A program made the translations under genes and the position numbers. The notes under the pieces are model-generated. The model was not told the DNA's origin and searched no databases. It saw only the letters and a list, made by a program, of their open reading frames with translations. 64,000 nt of DNA from Octopus vulgaris (taxonomy: Eukaryota): NCBI GenBank assembly GCA_951406725.2, contig OX597833.1:57846001-57910000 (forward strand). Reading direction: 5' to 3'. Positions 42,113-56,220 of the stretch are shown here, in pieces. Position 1 is the stretch's first letter. Each line of letters begins with the position of its first letter.

Positions 42113-42652
42113 CTCGATCTTCAATGATTTACTTGGTGTCTTTTGTTTAAATTAGTAATTTTTGATTGTTACTTATAGAATTCCAATATTCCAACGATGT
42201 TTCAGTATAATGCAAAGGTTTCCAGTTTTACATCATCCCAATATGTAGTCACGATTATCAAATGGAACTTTCAAGCAAAAGTATATCTCTAGATTCATTC
42301 CAATATTTTCTGCCACTTTTTCACTGTTTGGGGATGTTAAAATATGTCAAAATGAAAGTTAGTTATGACGTCATCCTTTGAATGCTCTGACGTCATTTCA
42401 ACGTTGGTTTCAGGGCCACATCCATAACAAAGGCAGTAGTATTTCCTGTAGAATTCTTTGCTACATTCAGCTTGTGTTTCAAAGAAAGGAGTAGTCTAAA
42501 TTTATATGATTTTTAAAATTTAGCTTTAGATAAACGTGTTTGGTATTACTTCAGAAAACGTGAGATATATAACAATGAATTTCAAAATATTGTTGAATAT
42601 TATCAATAAAGAAAGTAATAAGGAAAGTATATTTATGAACACAATTTATCTT

Positions 42653-44134
42653 TTATAATTCACTCTTGTGAAGTATATTTTGGAACGCTTTGTCATTGGC
42701 AAGGTCTTCTATTGAGTGAATGAATTCCAAAACAAATTTTTTGTATTCAGTATTTCCATTTCCATACTCATATAAATCAAGTATTATTTCCTTTATCTCC
42801 CAAATTTCTATCAAGTCTTTGTTGGAAGGAAGAAATTCTACAGCAGATTTAAGAGCCAGAACAAACTTATCCATTCCTGTACGTCTTAATTGATCTTTTT
42901 CTTCTTCATCATTTTTTCCATCTGCTTCTTTAAAATATAATCTTCCAAACAAAATGTTAAAATTAACATCATTCATTTTGATATCTGCTTTAAATCTTTC
43001 ACAATACTTCCTGGCATTGTCATAATCTTTCAAAGACATATATAATAAAATGATATCATAGAGAGCAGCGGTACTTTCATGACAAAGTTCAAGAGATTGT
43101 TCAAAGTGATATTCAGCTTTGTTGATTTACTCATTCCTTTCTCTATGAGGACTACTTTGAGCATGTTTTAAAACTTTCGCAAATACATTCGTTTCTTTTG
43201 AGAATTGTTTGTTCACTGGGACATATGTATATGTTGGTGTATTCATTCTCAGATAAAGTAATCCAAGCCGATGATGAGAATATGATGTTGCTTTTATTTC
43301 AATTGCTTTTTCAAGCAATTTTCTTCCTTGTTCAAGCTGATTTGAACGTATATAATTATTGCTACTTTTCTCCAAAACATAGGGGTCATCAGGGGAAATA
43401 TGAAGAGCTCTCTGAAAATACACTTCAGCTGGTTGACTACGAAAATTATGAGGATTAATTCTAAACAAACCTATCAATGCTAATGTTCTTCCCATTAGGG
43501 CCGTGTCAATATGGTGTGGAAAAGCACATCGTATTTTCTCTAAGTACTGTATTGATTCCTTAATATTTTCACGTAATTTCTCTTTATCCATGGTCTTTCT
43601 TAAACAACGATATTGCAACAAAGAAATAGAAAACATACACAGATAATCGTCTGGACAAACGTTGAGAGACTCTTTGTAAAGTTCGACAGCTCTTTCATGA
43701 TCTTCAAAAGATATAGTAGCCAAACAATAAGCAACATTTCTTTTGCCTTCTGCTTCTATCAGCGAGAAATTTTCTCTTTCTTCAAGATTACTTATATTAT
43801 CCAAAAGGTTTCTTACCTCAGAGATATTTCCATCATACAAATGAATGAATGCAAGGTTGGTTAATGCCACCAGGTTATCTGGCTTCTTTTCTCGAACTTC
43901 ATTGGCTAATTTTTCAGCTGAAAATTTATCATTCATCTGCCACAGAATATATACTAGGACGTTCTTTTGACGAATCTCATCTTCTAAACCAAATAAGATA
44001 TCATCATTCAACGAATTTTCTACTTTTTTGTAGAGAGAAAGCCAAACTTCTTTGGTTTTCTCAAAACTTTCTTCCATTACATTTGGAAATCTTTTAATTC
44101 TCTCCCTATACGATTCTCTTCTACTTCCTTCATC
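42653..44134 (-). pseudogene. IFIT/TTC22-like gene copy 4, exon 2 with premature stop
   Basis: Same length as copy 2 (1482 nt). TTA (Leu) is TAA at 43127-43129; the frame continues to the normal stop at 42653. Confidence 0.8.
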
Positions 44135-44382
44135 CTGAAATAAAAACAAAATGATTGCGTATGAAATATGATATCACACATTATCATTGATAAAAAAATA
44201 TTCTCCAATTTTCGATTTTTAGTTAATGAAACAATGTCAAACCTTCCTAGTCTGATACGGTTGATGTAGTGGCTGAGCATTTTGGATTCGAATGTTCGAT
44301 GTTTTGAATATACGCACAGAAAACTGGAGCGTAAATACGTGAGAGAACAATGTAAGGGGTGTGTTTGACAGAGTGATAAATG

Positions 44383-44416
<34 letters not shown>

Positions 44417-44524
44417 GTCAACATCAACAACAACAACAATATGAAGGACAGGCTGTTGCAGATCACTTATAATATGTAATATAATATGATATAACACTCT
44501 CTCACACACACATACACACACGCG

Positions 44525-45754
44525 CAAAAATAATGGAAACACCTAGCATCATAACATCATAATTTTGAGATATTTATAAAACCGTCAAAACGTTTTTTGA
44601 TTTATTATTAGTGTTGCTTAATATGTTTTGCTAAAATTGCTTTTTCTTTTCAGATTTCATCAAAATAAGGTAATTAAAATTCATTAAGATGACAGATCTA
44701 TCGGAGTTTCAAAGCGGTCAAATTGTTGGTGCTCGTATAGCAGGCGCTAGCGTAACGAAAACAGCTGAAATGTTTGGTGTATCAAGAAGTCTCGAAAGTA
44801 ATGACAGCCTTTGAGAAAGAGGAAAAAAACCTCCTCGTTGAAACAAAACTCCAGAAGAAAACCAAAACTTCCAGATAGGGACCGTTGGATTCTTATGCGA
44901 ATTATTAGAAAGAATCACAAAAGTACAGCTCCCTAAATTACTGTAGAGCTTAATGACCACCTCGAGAACCCGGTTTCCACAAGAACAGTTCGCCGGGAGC
45001 TACAAAAGGCAGGATTTCAAGGGAGGGCTACAGTCAAGAAAACCACTACTTTCAAAAACAAACGTTGCAAAGCGTTTAGAGTGGAGTAAAAATCTACAGA
45101 ATTGGTCCCCAGAGCAGTGGATGAATGTTATTTTCTCGGACGAGTCATCCTTTACCTTTTTTCCGACCACGAGTGTACTTGTGGAGTCAGCCGAAAGAAG
45201 CATTTGACCCAGACTGCTTTCTTCTATTAAACATGGAAGAGGATCTGCAATGATGAGCTTTGGGGGCTATATCTTGGAAATCCGCTGGCCCAATGAATTT
45301 CCTTCATGGCAGAATTAATAGACATGACTATTTAAGCATTTTATCTAATCAAATTCATCCAGTGGTTGCAGAACTGTTTCCGGAGCGAAATGCAATTTTT
45401 CAGAATGATAATGCACCAATTCACACAGCTAAAGTTGTTACTGAATGGTACGAGGAACATTTTAGTGAGGTTGAACATCTTATATGGCCACCACAGTCCC
45501 CAGGTCTCAATATTATTGAACACTTATTGTGCATTTTAGAAAAATAAGGAAGGAGCCGATATCCTCCACTATCATCACTACAAGAACTGGAGACTATTTG
45601 AACAAAAATTCCTTTGGAAAGAATTCAAACTTTGTACAAGTCCATATCTTGTAGAATTCAACTTGTAATTACAGCCAAATATCAAAATTACTGCCATATC
45701 AAAATAAAGTTGTTTGAAATGTTAATGTGTTTCCATTATATTGTCCAACCCCTG
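44525..45754 (+). mobile_element. Tc1/mariner remnant in the intron of copy 4
   Basis: Near-identical to 14891-16120. Confidence 0.9.
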
Positions 45755-45984
45755 TATAGGCTGAAACTGAAATCGCCGCACATTGAAACCGAACCCAGTA
45801 GCACAGGGTTGAGAAACAACTTTTATACCTCACAACTACGTTTATAAGTATATAACACACACATATACACGCACACATACACTCGCACCTACACATTTAT
45901 TTATATTCATATATACATACATGTGTGTGTGTGTGTGCGCGCGTCTCCGAAAAGCAGCGAAATTATATATTTCTGTACAATTAA

Positions 45985-46377
45985 TCTCTCTCTATATAAA
46001 GCTGAAGTTGTCTGTGTATGGAAGGTTTGGTAGCCTTCAACTAACACTATCTCCTCCGAGACCCTGCGGCAAAAGTTGACCAAAATTGAGAGTATGATAG
46101 AAGAAGGCTTGCTCTTCCTTCCGTAGAAGAAAAAATTCAAATCGGAGCATGTTAACAACAACAATTATTTACATGAAAAAGGTGTTTTTTTTCTATGAAA
46201 ATCCTTATTTTTGACGATTTTTTTGACTGCTCTGTCGCCATTTCTCGGTGTTTTTCAAACGGAAAAATGTTCACTTAAAGAGAATAACAAGCTACATAAT
46301 GCAAAATTTTAACTTTTCGAAAATTCCAATTCTAAAGGATCGAAAGAAATCCGAGCAACGCCGGGTTATACTGCCAG
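45985..46377 (+). mobile_element. Non-autonomous Helitron (CCAG end, shared with copy 2)
   Basis: Homologous to 16351-16743. Confidence 0.7.
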
Positions 46378-46678
46378 TCTTCTATAAAATTGCATCACTA
46401 TACTAAAAACTTAGATGTATAAACGCTGCACTCGATTTTAATACAGAGAAAAGGAATTTTACAATTTTATTTCAAGGGAACTAACTCAGTTAAACACACG
46501 TTTATATTGTCTCCCGTGTTTTATTAATCATGGCAACCTTTCCTTAACTATCATACACAAACCATAAAAGATTTATTCCACTTCGATGTTCATGTTTTTT
46601 TTTCTCTCACGAAAACACGACAGAAAATGAATCTTTTTGATTGCTGTTGTAGCGGTCATACGACTTTAGCAGCAGCTT

Positions 46679-47111
46679 GGGATCTTTTCGGTTTGAACGG
46701 CAGTTTTTTTAGCGGCGTCATATGAAATTGTCACCCATAATTATGACCCTAGTATCGATCTATTGCATTTCAATCTCTTTTAGGGTTAGGGTTAGTTAGG
46801 GTCAGGGTTAAGGGTGGGGGAAGGGTATCTTTTTTTCTTCACAAATGTAAATTACCCCAATCTGTTTCTTAAACGAGGGATATATTCATACGGCCCACAA
46901 TGCTTTTTAATTCAGTAGACGTCACTGATTGGTTGAAATTGCAGAAATTGAAGAAAAAAAACAACAAATATCTTACAAACTATAGAATTTTCTCAATAAA
47001 GCCAAGAGAAAAAGATGTTTTATAAACACATTCTACCAGTATACGAAGTTTAAAACTTTTTAGTTACCTAGATATTATTTTAAAAACTGCCGTTCAAACC
47101 GAAAAGATCCC
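46679..47111. mobile_element. MITE (gggatcttttcggtttgaac TIR)
   Basis: TIRs at both ends. Confidence 0.8.
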
Positions 47112-47608
47112 AGGGAGTTTTTGACCTCTAATTGCTTGGGTAATTGCTTGGATAATATCAGGTTATCAAATTTATCATAGGTTCGAAAAGAAATTGGATC
47201 GGTTATTTAGAAAATTTGAAACTTTTCTATTGTGGAAACATTCTACATAAGAAGTATTTCTCAAGTAGACAATGGATTAGATTGAAGACATTCTGTGTGT
47301 CTGTCTGTGACGGTTTGTGTGTGCGTCTCTGACTTTGAGTGTGTGTGTTTGTTTGTGTATGAGTGTGTATGTGTGTGAGTGTATACACACACACGCACAC
47401 ACACACACACAAACAGAGACGCACACGCATACAGTCACAGGCACATATACACACTCATACACACACAAACACATACTCAAACACACACACACACACGCAG
47501 AGTCAGAGACGCACACGCATACAGTCACACACAGTCACTGACACGTACACACTCGATCGGACGTGCGCACACAAAAATACTCACACACATACACACTCAT
47601 ACACACAC

Positions 47609-47651
<43 letters not shown>

Positions 47652-47704
47652 AGAGTCAGAGACGCACACACAAACCGTCACAGACATGTATATACATGTA
47701 TATA

Positions 47705-48008
47705 CATGTATATTCTATGATTAAATGTTCGAGATATGAAATGTTATGTGGATGACCTTGCCTTTGTTTGTTCTGTAACCATAGTTTCTATATGTGACCA
47801 CGTGAGTACCGCTGGCGATTTTTTTCTTCCGTCTTCCCTTCTCGGGATCTTTCCTTCTCCTATGTTTCCGACGAAGAGCTCCGCTCGAAAGGTTAAACCC
47901 TCCTTCTTCCCTTCTTTCCTGAGCGTCCAATAATACTTTATTTGTTCCACGTCCTCGCGTTGTTGTGTGTTTTTACATTTTTTTGTGTTTTCTTGTTTGG
48001 ATTAACTA
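47705..48008 (+). mobile_element. Penelope-like terminal fragment (same as 4703-4997)
   Basis: Sequence match, including the degenerate ccgacgaagagctccgctcgaaa core. Confidence 0.55.
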
Positions 48009-48201
48009 TCATCATCATCATCATCGTCGTTTAACGTCCGTTCTCCATGCTAGCATGGGTTGGACGGTTCGACCGGGGTTCTGGGAAGCCAGAAGGCTGC
48101 ACCAGGCTCCAGTCTAATCTGGCAATGTTTCTACAGCTGGATGCCCTTCCTAACGCCAACCACTCCGTGAGTGTAGTGGGTGCTTTTTACGTGCCACCTG
48201 C

Positions 48202-48203
<2 letters not shown>
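48009..48203 (-). mobile_element. 3' end of a retroposon with (GAT)n tail
   Basis: (CAT)n followed by gtttaacgtcc...ggatgcccttcctaacgccaacc, resembling an RTE-related 3' end. Family assignment is from memory. Confidence 0.5.
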
Positions 48204-48241
<38 letters not shown>

Positions 48242-48259
48242 CATATACGTGCCACCTGC

Positions 48260-48343
<84 letters not shown>

Positions 48344-48639
48344 CAACATTAATAGTGAAAGCTTTAGGGTGTGATCCACTGAGATCTGTAAAAACATGCT
48401 TCTCAGAGAACAGTCATGGTAAAGCAAGAACGCCAATCAGTTTGTTGTTTTTATTCTGACACAGAAGCTTGATAAGCCACAGTTAGTGCTTTTGACTAAT
48501 TGAAGGTTATATTACTTTACTATATTTTACTAATTGTACTGAGTTCTTTTTCACTCATTTCATACAACTAATGTGTGTGTGTGTGTGTGTGTTTCTCATT
48601 GAAGCTACAAAACGTCACAAACTGAGGTTCATGAAACCA

Positions 48640-48676
<37 letters not shown>

Positions 48677-49095
48677 GGAGGTGGGGAGGAGAGAGATAAA
48701 TATATTGTTTAAAAGTTTAACTAATTGTGTAATTGGCCAGGAATGTCAGCAGCAATGTGCGTTCTATAATAGTTCTATAATAGTTCTATAATATATATAT
48801 ATATATATGTACATACATTACAACATGTTTTGGCATAGTTTTTAATTAACAAATTCACTCACAAGGCATTGGTCCACCTGAGTCCATAGTAGAAGACACT
48901 TTGCCCAAGGGCTTGCCCAGTGGGATTGAACCAGGAACAATGTGGCTGTTAAGTGAATTTCTTAACCACACAGCCATGCTTATATATCTGTATATACACA
49001 CATACTCACAATTATGCATGGACACATATACATATGTATATACTATATATTGTATTTATATATATAAGACTCTGCATGTGTGTGTGGGGAGAGAG

Positions 49096-49139
<44 letters not shown>

Positions 49140-49551
49140 GATTGGTAGATAGGAAGATAGATAAGCAGATAAATATATAGACAGACAGACAGATTAAGTA
49201 TGTAGACATATGTCTTTATAAAATAAAGAAAAATAGATATATGGCTATATTTGTAATATATTGTATTCTATATATATATATGAATATATATATTTATGCG
49301 TGTATGTGTGTGTAATGTGGCGGTAGAAGTGTATTTTAGCTGAGCAATATACAAGGATACTATCAATGCGTATACAAACTCTCTCTCACACACACACACA
49401 CATTTGTATATGTGTGTGCATGTTCATATGTATACGCCACATTAAATTTGCGCTTGAAACGTAAGTGTATGCATGTATGTTTTTATATATATATATATAT
49501 TCATTTGATTGTCTCTGTAAGTGTATAAATATATATGTATTCGTATATATA

Positions 49552-49590
<39 letters not shown>

Positions 49591-49661
49591 TCATACATAC
49601 ATATATATACACGGGTTATATAAAAGTCTCTAAATTTACACTACATGAGTATAAGTGAATA

Positions 49662-51040
49662 TCAAAAGATATTTTCCGTATCCAACGCCCTCAACAACTC
49701 TGTGCCATTAAGCAGACGATCGCCCGACCAGACTGGAGCATTCACTTCACAGTCAGTCTGCGTGAGGTGTGGGAGCCACTTGGAGGCTGCAGCCAAGTCT
49801 GTGGTGAATGTATACGGCCTCATTAAATTCTGGTGTTTAGGAATTTTGGCTCTGAATTTCAGATTGTTGTTCTGCATCGCAGAAACGTATGCTGGTGACA
49901 TAGGAAGAGATTCAGTGGCCATGCTGTTGCTGCCATTCCTTTGCAGGGATAGTTTATCGCCATTGGAAACCAGAAGATGATCGTCATTATCATTGTACTC
50001 AAAGTGGTCGCCTGTTTTTGCGTCACGAGGGGAGTCAGTGGCACAGCTATTGACGGAGAATGTTCTTTTAGCAACAAGTTGCCAAACATTCTCCTCCTCA
50101 TTGCTGTCATTAGTAGTAGTAGTAGTAGTGTTAGTAGTAGTAGTAGTAGTAGTGGTGGTCGGTGATGGTGGTGTGCCTTCATGTGAATTTGAAACCCTAT
50201 TCAGCTGTCCAGCAGGAATGAGATCAACACCGAACAGTGTTCGGATATCAAAGGATGAACTTGATGACCTGGCATCAGGCAAGGCATTAGAAAGGCCAGT
50301 CGTGTTGTTGACTGCGCTGGTGCCCTCAGCTGAATTTGAACCCTTGGTCATCGTGTTTGACAGTGCCTGATCGTTTTGTCCTCCAGGGAGGTGATCCACA
50401 CCAAACAGTGCTCGGCAGTCATCAAAGAGAAATGATGACATACGACGAGTACTACTACTACTGCTACTATTACTACTACTACTGGTGGCAGCGACCCTGG
50501 TGGGATTCTCAACAGAATGAGATACATCAAAGCTGGGGTTCCCTTTTGCTTGGGGAAGCCTCTCACCATACAGGGCTTGGATGTCATTGGAGGAGTCTGA
50601 TTGTAGAGAATTAGGCAAGAGGCAGCCCCCGACCGTGGGGATAAGAGTGCTCTTAACTGGATTTCAAACTCTGGTGGCAGCATTCAGTTCCCTCTGATCC
50701 AGCTGACCAACTCCAACAAGGTCTTCACCAAACAGCGCTCGCTTATCGTAGGGTGGGCTCGGACTCCCTTGTACCATGGGAGAAGTAATGTTGGTTGTGG
50801 TGCCCTTCATAGAATTTGAAACTCTGATGTTGTTGTTGCTGCACGAACTGGTGGTAATGACAAAACTGGGACCAGTTAATGTAGGGGACGTGACTGTTGT
50901 GTTGAGGGCCCACCACCATGCCCAATCCTGCTCTTCAGGTTGATTGGTTGACATGGAAGAACCATTGTTGTTGCCATGGGGATTCGCTGCTGTGATGGCC
51001 GTGTTGACACTGATTGGGTTCTGGGTGGTTTGTCTTCTGC
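49662..51040 (-). pseudogene. Large S/T/N-rich exon-like frame with four DxRxLFGxD-type repeats and one internal stop, nested in the intron of copy 4
   Basis: ORFs 50664-51062 and 49662-50618 share a frame separated by one TGA (50664-50666). Acceptor-like tttttcacag|G at 51040. Visibly more GC-rich than the flanks. Confidence 0.6.
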
Positions 51041-51530
51041 CTGTGAAAAACGAGTTGTCCAATTTGGGGAGGGATTCTGCTATATATATATAACTATATA
51101 TATATATATATATATAAAATTAATTGTTATCGCCATATTAATATGGCATTCTTATAGATATAAGAATAATCGCTGCCGCAGGTGTCGCCACTGACGTCTC
51201 TGTTCGAAGGTTTCTATTTACCTAGTTTTAGTAGATTATATCCACTTGTTTTCAATAATAGAAATATTAAAATTACTAAGTCTCTATAAAAGAGATTACG
51301 GCACCGTTTACTGGAAATTAATTGTTATCGCCATATTAATATGGCATTCTTATAGATGTAAGAATAATCGCTGCCGCTGGTCAGCTCCATGAGGCCACCG
51401 CCATCAAGATAGCTATTGATACACGATCTGTATCCATTATAACCTTCGGTGAGCTAGCAGAAACGTTTGCTTGCCGAGCGTTTCTCTGTCCTTGTTTGTC
51501 CCCTCTGTGTTTAGCCCCTTGTGGGGAGTA

Positions 51531-51589
<59 letters not shown>

Positions 51590-51946
51590 ATACGCGTACA
51601 CAAACATGTATACTTACATACATAAAACAAAACATACAAATATGCACGCGTATATATATATACATACAATAATGCCATCTTGTAATACCAGTGTAGGAGC
51701 CTTGATCTAGGTTAGGAACAAAATCTTTCTCTATTGGCAAGACATATTGCAATAAAACTGAATAATGGCATACATACGTATGTACGTATATACCTATACA
51801 CATACACTTACAAACACACATGTACATATATGCATACATGCATACATACATACATACATACATACATACATACATACATACATACATACATACATACATA
51901 CATACATACATACATTTACGCACACATTCTGCAAGAAAAGGTATTA

Positions 51947-52362
51947 GGCGCAGGAGTGACTGTGTTAGGTAAGTAGCTTGTTTACCAACCACATGCTTCC
52001 GGGTTCAGTCCCACTGCGTGGCACCTTAGCGAGTGTCTTCTACTATAGCCTCGGGCCGACCAAAGCCTTGTGAGTGGATTTGGTAGACGGAAACTGAAAG
52101 AAGCCCGTCGTATATATGTATATATGTGTATATGTGTGTGTGTGTATGTTTGTGTGTCCGTGTTTTCCACCCTAGCATTGCTTGACAACCGATGCTGGTG
52201 TGTTTATGTCCCCGTTACTTAGCGGTTCGGCAAAAGAGACCTATGGAATAAGTACTGGGCTTACAAAAGAATAAGTCCCGGGGTCGAGTTGCTCGATTAA
52301 AGGCGGTGCTCTAACATGGCTGCGGTCAAATGACTGAAACAAGTAAAAGAGTAAAAGAGAGA
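51947..52362 (+). mobile_element. tRNA-derived SINE
   Basis: Full family body and tail, next to exon 1 of copy 4. Confidence 0.85.
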
Positions 52363-52411
52363 GTATAGGGTGTACATTTGTTCATGCGAGTGTATATATT
52401 GATATACTCAC

Positions 52412-52462
52412 CTGTAGAATTTCCTGCAATTTCCCAGTTATTTTCTGCATTTCTTCAGCCAT
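52412..52462 (-). CDS. IFIT/TTC22-like gene copy 4, exon 1 (MAEEMQKITGKLQEILQ)
   Basis: ATG, 17 codons, CAG|GTGAGT donor. Confidence 0.7.
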
Positions 52463-52634
52463 TCCTTTATAGCTGTGTGTGTATAAAAAGGCAAATTTTC
52501 TTTGGACAACAAAATTTGTACGTTTTCTTTTTGTGAAATTATGCTTTCTGTTATATTCGTGAAATGAAGAAAGGTCAAGTTGTAGAAATGATATAATGAA
52601 TAATAACAGTCACTATCTATATCCAATCTCTATC

Positions 52635-53072
52635 CAAGCTTCTCAGAAGGGTAAATATATGGCAACGAATATTATATACAGAGAGAGTGTCACTTTTTGT
52701 AAGTGTTCCTTTCTGGAAACCAGGTCCTATAGGAATGCTGGAAGTTGTGAAGGGATTAATAAAGTAAAATAGTCGAGATTGAAGAAGTAAAATAATTCAG
52801 AAATAATAAATCTGTTTTGGGAGTCTCAGAAAATAATAACAACGCCCGTTAATGTCACCAACTAAATGAGTAAAAGTGAAAGAATTCTCTGAAAACACGT
52901 CACATCCGGATTGACCTTCCCGAATTCTGGTGAATCGGAATTACGTGTCAAAAGTGAAAGTAATACATCGCTCTATTGTTATGTCAGATACTTTCACTTT
53001 AATATTGAAACAATTAAAATGAAACTATTATGTAACAGGGATGAACTGTAACTGGACATACATTCTGCTAGA
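52635..53072 (-). promoter_or_regulatory. Putative IRF/STAT-responsive upstream region of copy 4
   Basis: TTCTCAGAA ~52640-52648; AAAAGTGAAAG 52872-52882; TTCTCTGAA ~52885-52893; AAAAGTGAAAGT 52950-52961; ACTTTCACTTT 52990-53000. Confidence 0.6.
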
Positions 53073-53505
53073 CTTGCTTAGGGTCCATGTAGTGTCATGA
53101 GGAAAAAAAAATTTAACTTCTTGCCTAGGGCGAGCCAACAGCAATATCGTATCGAGGCTTCTTTCCCCTTAGCGTCCTACGTTTAACATTCACAAATTTG
53201 CTCAACATCTACTCAGGAGAAATACAAGGCAATATTATCGTTTGTCAACGACACATTTTAGGATGTATTGTGCAAGGTACATGATGAGATAGGTCGATAT
53301 TGCCTACCACTGTACCATTTCAGTGTTAGAGTATGTTTTAGATCTTTTCCTTTTGATAGCCAGATTTCAACACAATTTCTAGTTAACTAAACACTTTGGA
53401 AAAGATCCTATGTTTTATTTTTTGGTGTTATATTTTGATATTTTATTTTGCAATCGGAAATATTTTGTTTGCGCAATATACGATCTTTCGTTTAAGGCGC
53501 CAATA

Positions 53506-53920
53506 GGCGCAGGAGTGGCTGTGTGGTAAGTAGCTTGCTAACCAACCACATGGTTCCGGGTTCAATCTCACAACGTGGCACTTTGGACAAGTGTCTTCTA
53601 TTATAGCCGCGGGCCGACCAATGCCTTGTGAGTGGATTTGGTAGACGGAAACTGAAAGAAGCCCGTCGTATATATGTATATGTATATATGTGTGTGTGCA
53701 CGTAAATGTTTGTGTGTCTGTGTTTGTCACCCCCCCTCCGAACATCGTTTGACAACCGATGCTGGTATGTTTACGTCCCCCATAACTTAGCGGTTCGGCA
53801 AAAGAGACCGATAGAATAAGTACTAGGCTTACAAAGAATAAGTCCTGGGGTCGATTTGCTCAACTAAAGGTGGTGCTCCAGCATGGCCGCAGTGAAATGA
53901 CTAAAACAAGTAAAAGAGTA
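53506..53920 (+). mobile_element. Full-length tRNA-derived SINE
   Basis: ggcgcaggagtggctgtgtgg...ggttcaatctc...gtaaaagag. Confidence 0.85.
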
Positions 53921-54128
53921 TATATATATATATACTAAGGAATCTAATACGCTTGGCTTAGATTTTCCTTTGCGGCTGGCCAGGTCGGAGCAATCTCAAG
54001 ATTAATCAGCCGAAATTGCGAGGATGATCCGGTTCTTGACTGAAGATTGAAGGCTTCGAATGTCCCGTCCGTGTTTTTTGAATCGTCTTCTAAATGTTTT
54101 GCGTTCTTATCCCAGTTTGTGTTTTTTT

Positions 54129-54202
<74 letters not shown>

Positions 54203-54226
54203 TATATGTATATATATATATGTATG

Positions 54227-54260
<34 letters not shown>

Positions 54261-54369
54261 TAAGTATATATGTATATATATATATATATATATATACATA
54301 TACACATATATATATGTGTGTATATATATATACATATATATATATACACACATATATATGTATATATAT

Positions 54370-54482
<113 letters not shown>

Positions 54483-54488
54483 CACATA

Positions 54489-54581
<93 letters not shown>

Positions 54582-54769
54582 CTACAAAATTAGAGAGTGG
54601 AGAAACATACTTAAATCAATAAAACATCAACTATCCGATGATACCCAATCAATACTTTAATACACCATTACATATGAGTAGAGGCATTATACAAAAAGAG
54701 ATATACAGTAATAGTAAAAAGATAAAGAGATATAAGTAAAAAATTTCAAATATAATATGCAATTAAATC

Positions 54770-54885
54770 AAAACTGACAGCTGTTTCGGCAGTGAGGGCA
54801 GTCATACCTCATTTAACCTATAAGCCATAAAGGCAGATATAAATGAGGCATTAACAAGGATGCCCCACGGCCTCTTCAGAGAATT
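54770..54885 (-). ncRNA. Hammerhead ribozyme (inverted copy of 56221-56336)
   Basis: Minus strand: CTGAAGA-ggc...gcc-GAAA-cagct-GTC. Confidence 0.75.
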
Positions 54886-55221
54886 AAATTAAATTTGTTA
54901 TAATTGTGAAAAATATTATATAATCATATACATATAAATTTAAAAATATAAAAATGTAAAATATAAAACTTATACATCATAATGCTACACTTATATAATA
55001 TAATACACATTGGTACAATAAAGGAAGGTAAACAGAACAAAATAAAACAAAATATATATCAGTGTATATATTAATATTAATAAGTACCGATATTATACAT
55101 ATTTGGCTAATAGTTTATTTTAAAAAAAACCTAACACATAGGGAGATGAAAAATAATAATTAAAACCATGGTTCAGTTCATAAAATTCTAAAGCTATAAA
55201 AGTTAATAAAAATTACTATTA

Positions 55222-55283
<62 letters not shown>

Positions 55284-55808
55284 GATACAGTTAAGTTTGC
55301 ACCAAGTCCATCCTTTCAAGAACGAAATAACTATGAGTTTAGAAATGCTGACCACTAGGTAAAGAAAATTTAGATTAATTCGATTGGCTATTGGTTTGAA
55401 ATTTAAATCACAAAAGAAAATTATACGGTTGGTTAGTCAAGGAACGCCAATATTCACACACGCATCTACAGATCAATCGCACATACACACATAGTTATAT
55501 GTATATACATACACTTATACGCATACATAATCACAAGCAACAACTAGCACATAGATAAACAAAAAGGGAAGCAACTATGCTACCATTTAGTCCTACAAAA
55601 TTATAACTGTGCCTCAAATAACGAAAAAGAACCATCCATGCATTTCATAAAATATTTAATTTAGATATAAATATATTTTTAAATATCAGTATGTTACTAA
55701 GTCAGATAATTATTTCATGGGTAACTTAAAATTTATAACACCGGTTTGCTGCATAGTAAACATACGGTTGTTAGATAAGGATGGACTTGGTGCAAACTTA
55801 ACTGTATC

Positions 55809-55881
<73 letters not shown>

Positions 55882-56220
55882 ATTAATAGTAATTTTTATT
55901 AACTTTTATAGCTTTAGAATTTTATGAACTGAACCATGGTTTTAATTATTATTTTTCATCTCCCTATGTGTTAGGTTTTTTTTAAAATAAACTATTAGCC
56001 AAATATGTATAATATCGGTACTTATTAATATTAATATATACACTGATATATATTTTGTTTTATTTTGTTCTGTTTACCTTCCTTTATTGTACCAATGTGT
56101 ATTATATTATATAAGTGTAGCATTATGATGTATAAGTTTTTATATTTTACATTTTTATATTTTTATATTTATATGTATATGATTATATAATATTTTTCAC
56201 AATTATAACAAATTTAATTT

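Noticed and set aside
51117-51380. Palindromic direct repeats as a possible CRISPR array
   Set aside because: Only two units, ~130-bp spacer, eukaryotic context and no cas genes.
53506-53580. tRNA-like A/B boxes
   Set aside because: SINE heads without a full cloverleaf, so not tRNA genes.
53960-54030. Possible extra hammerhead (ggctg...cagcc-GAAA) in the outer inverted-repeat arms
   Set aside because: No CUGANGA core upstream of the stem.
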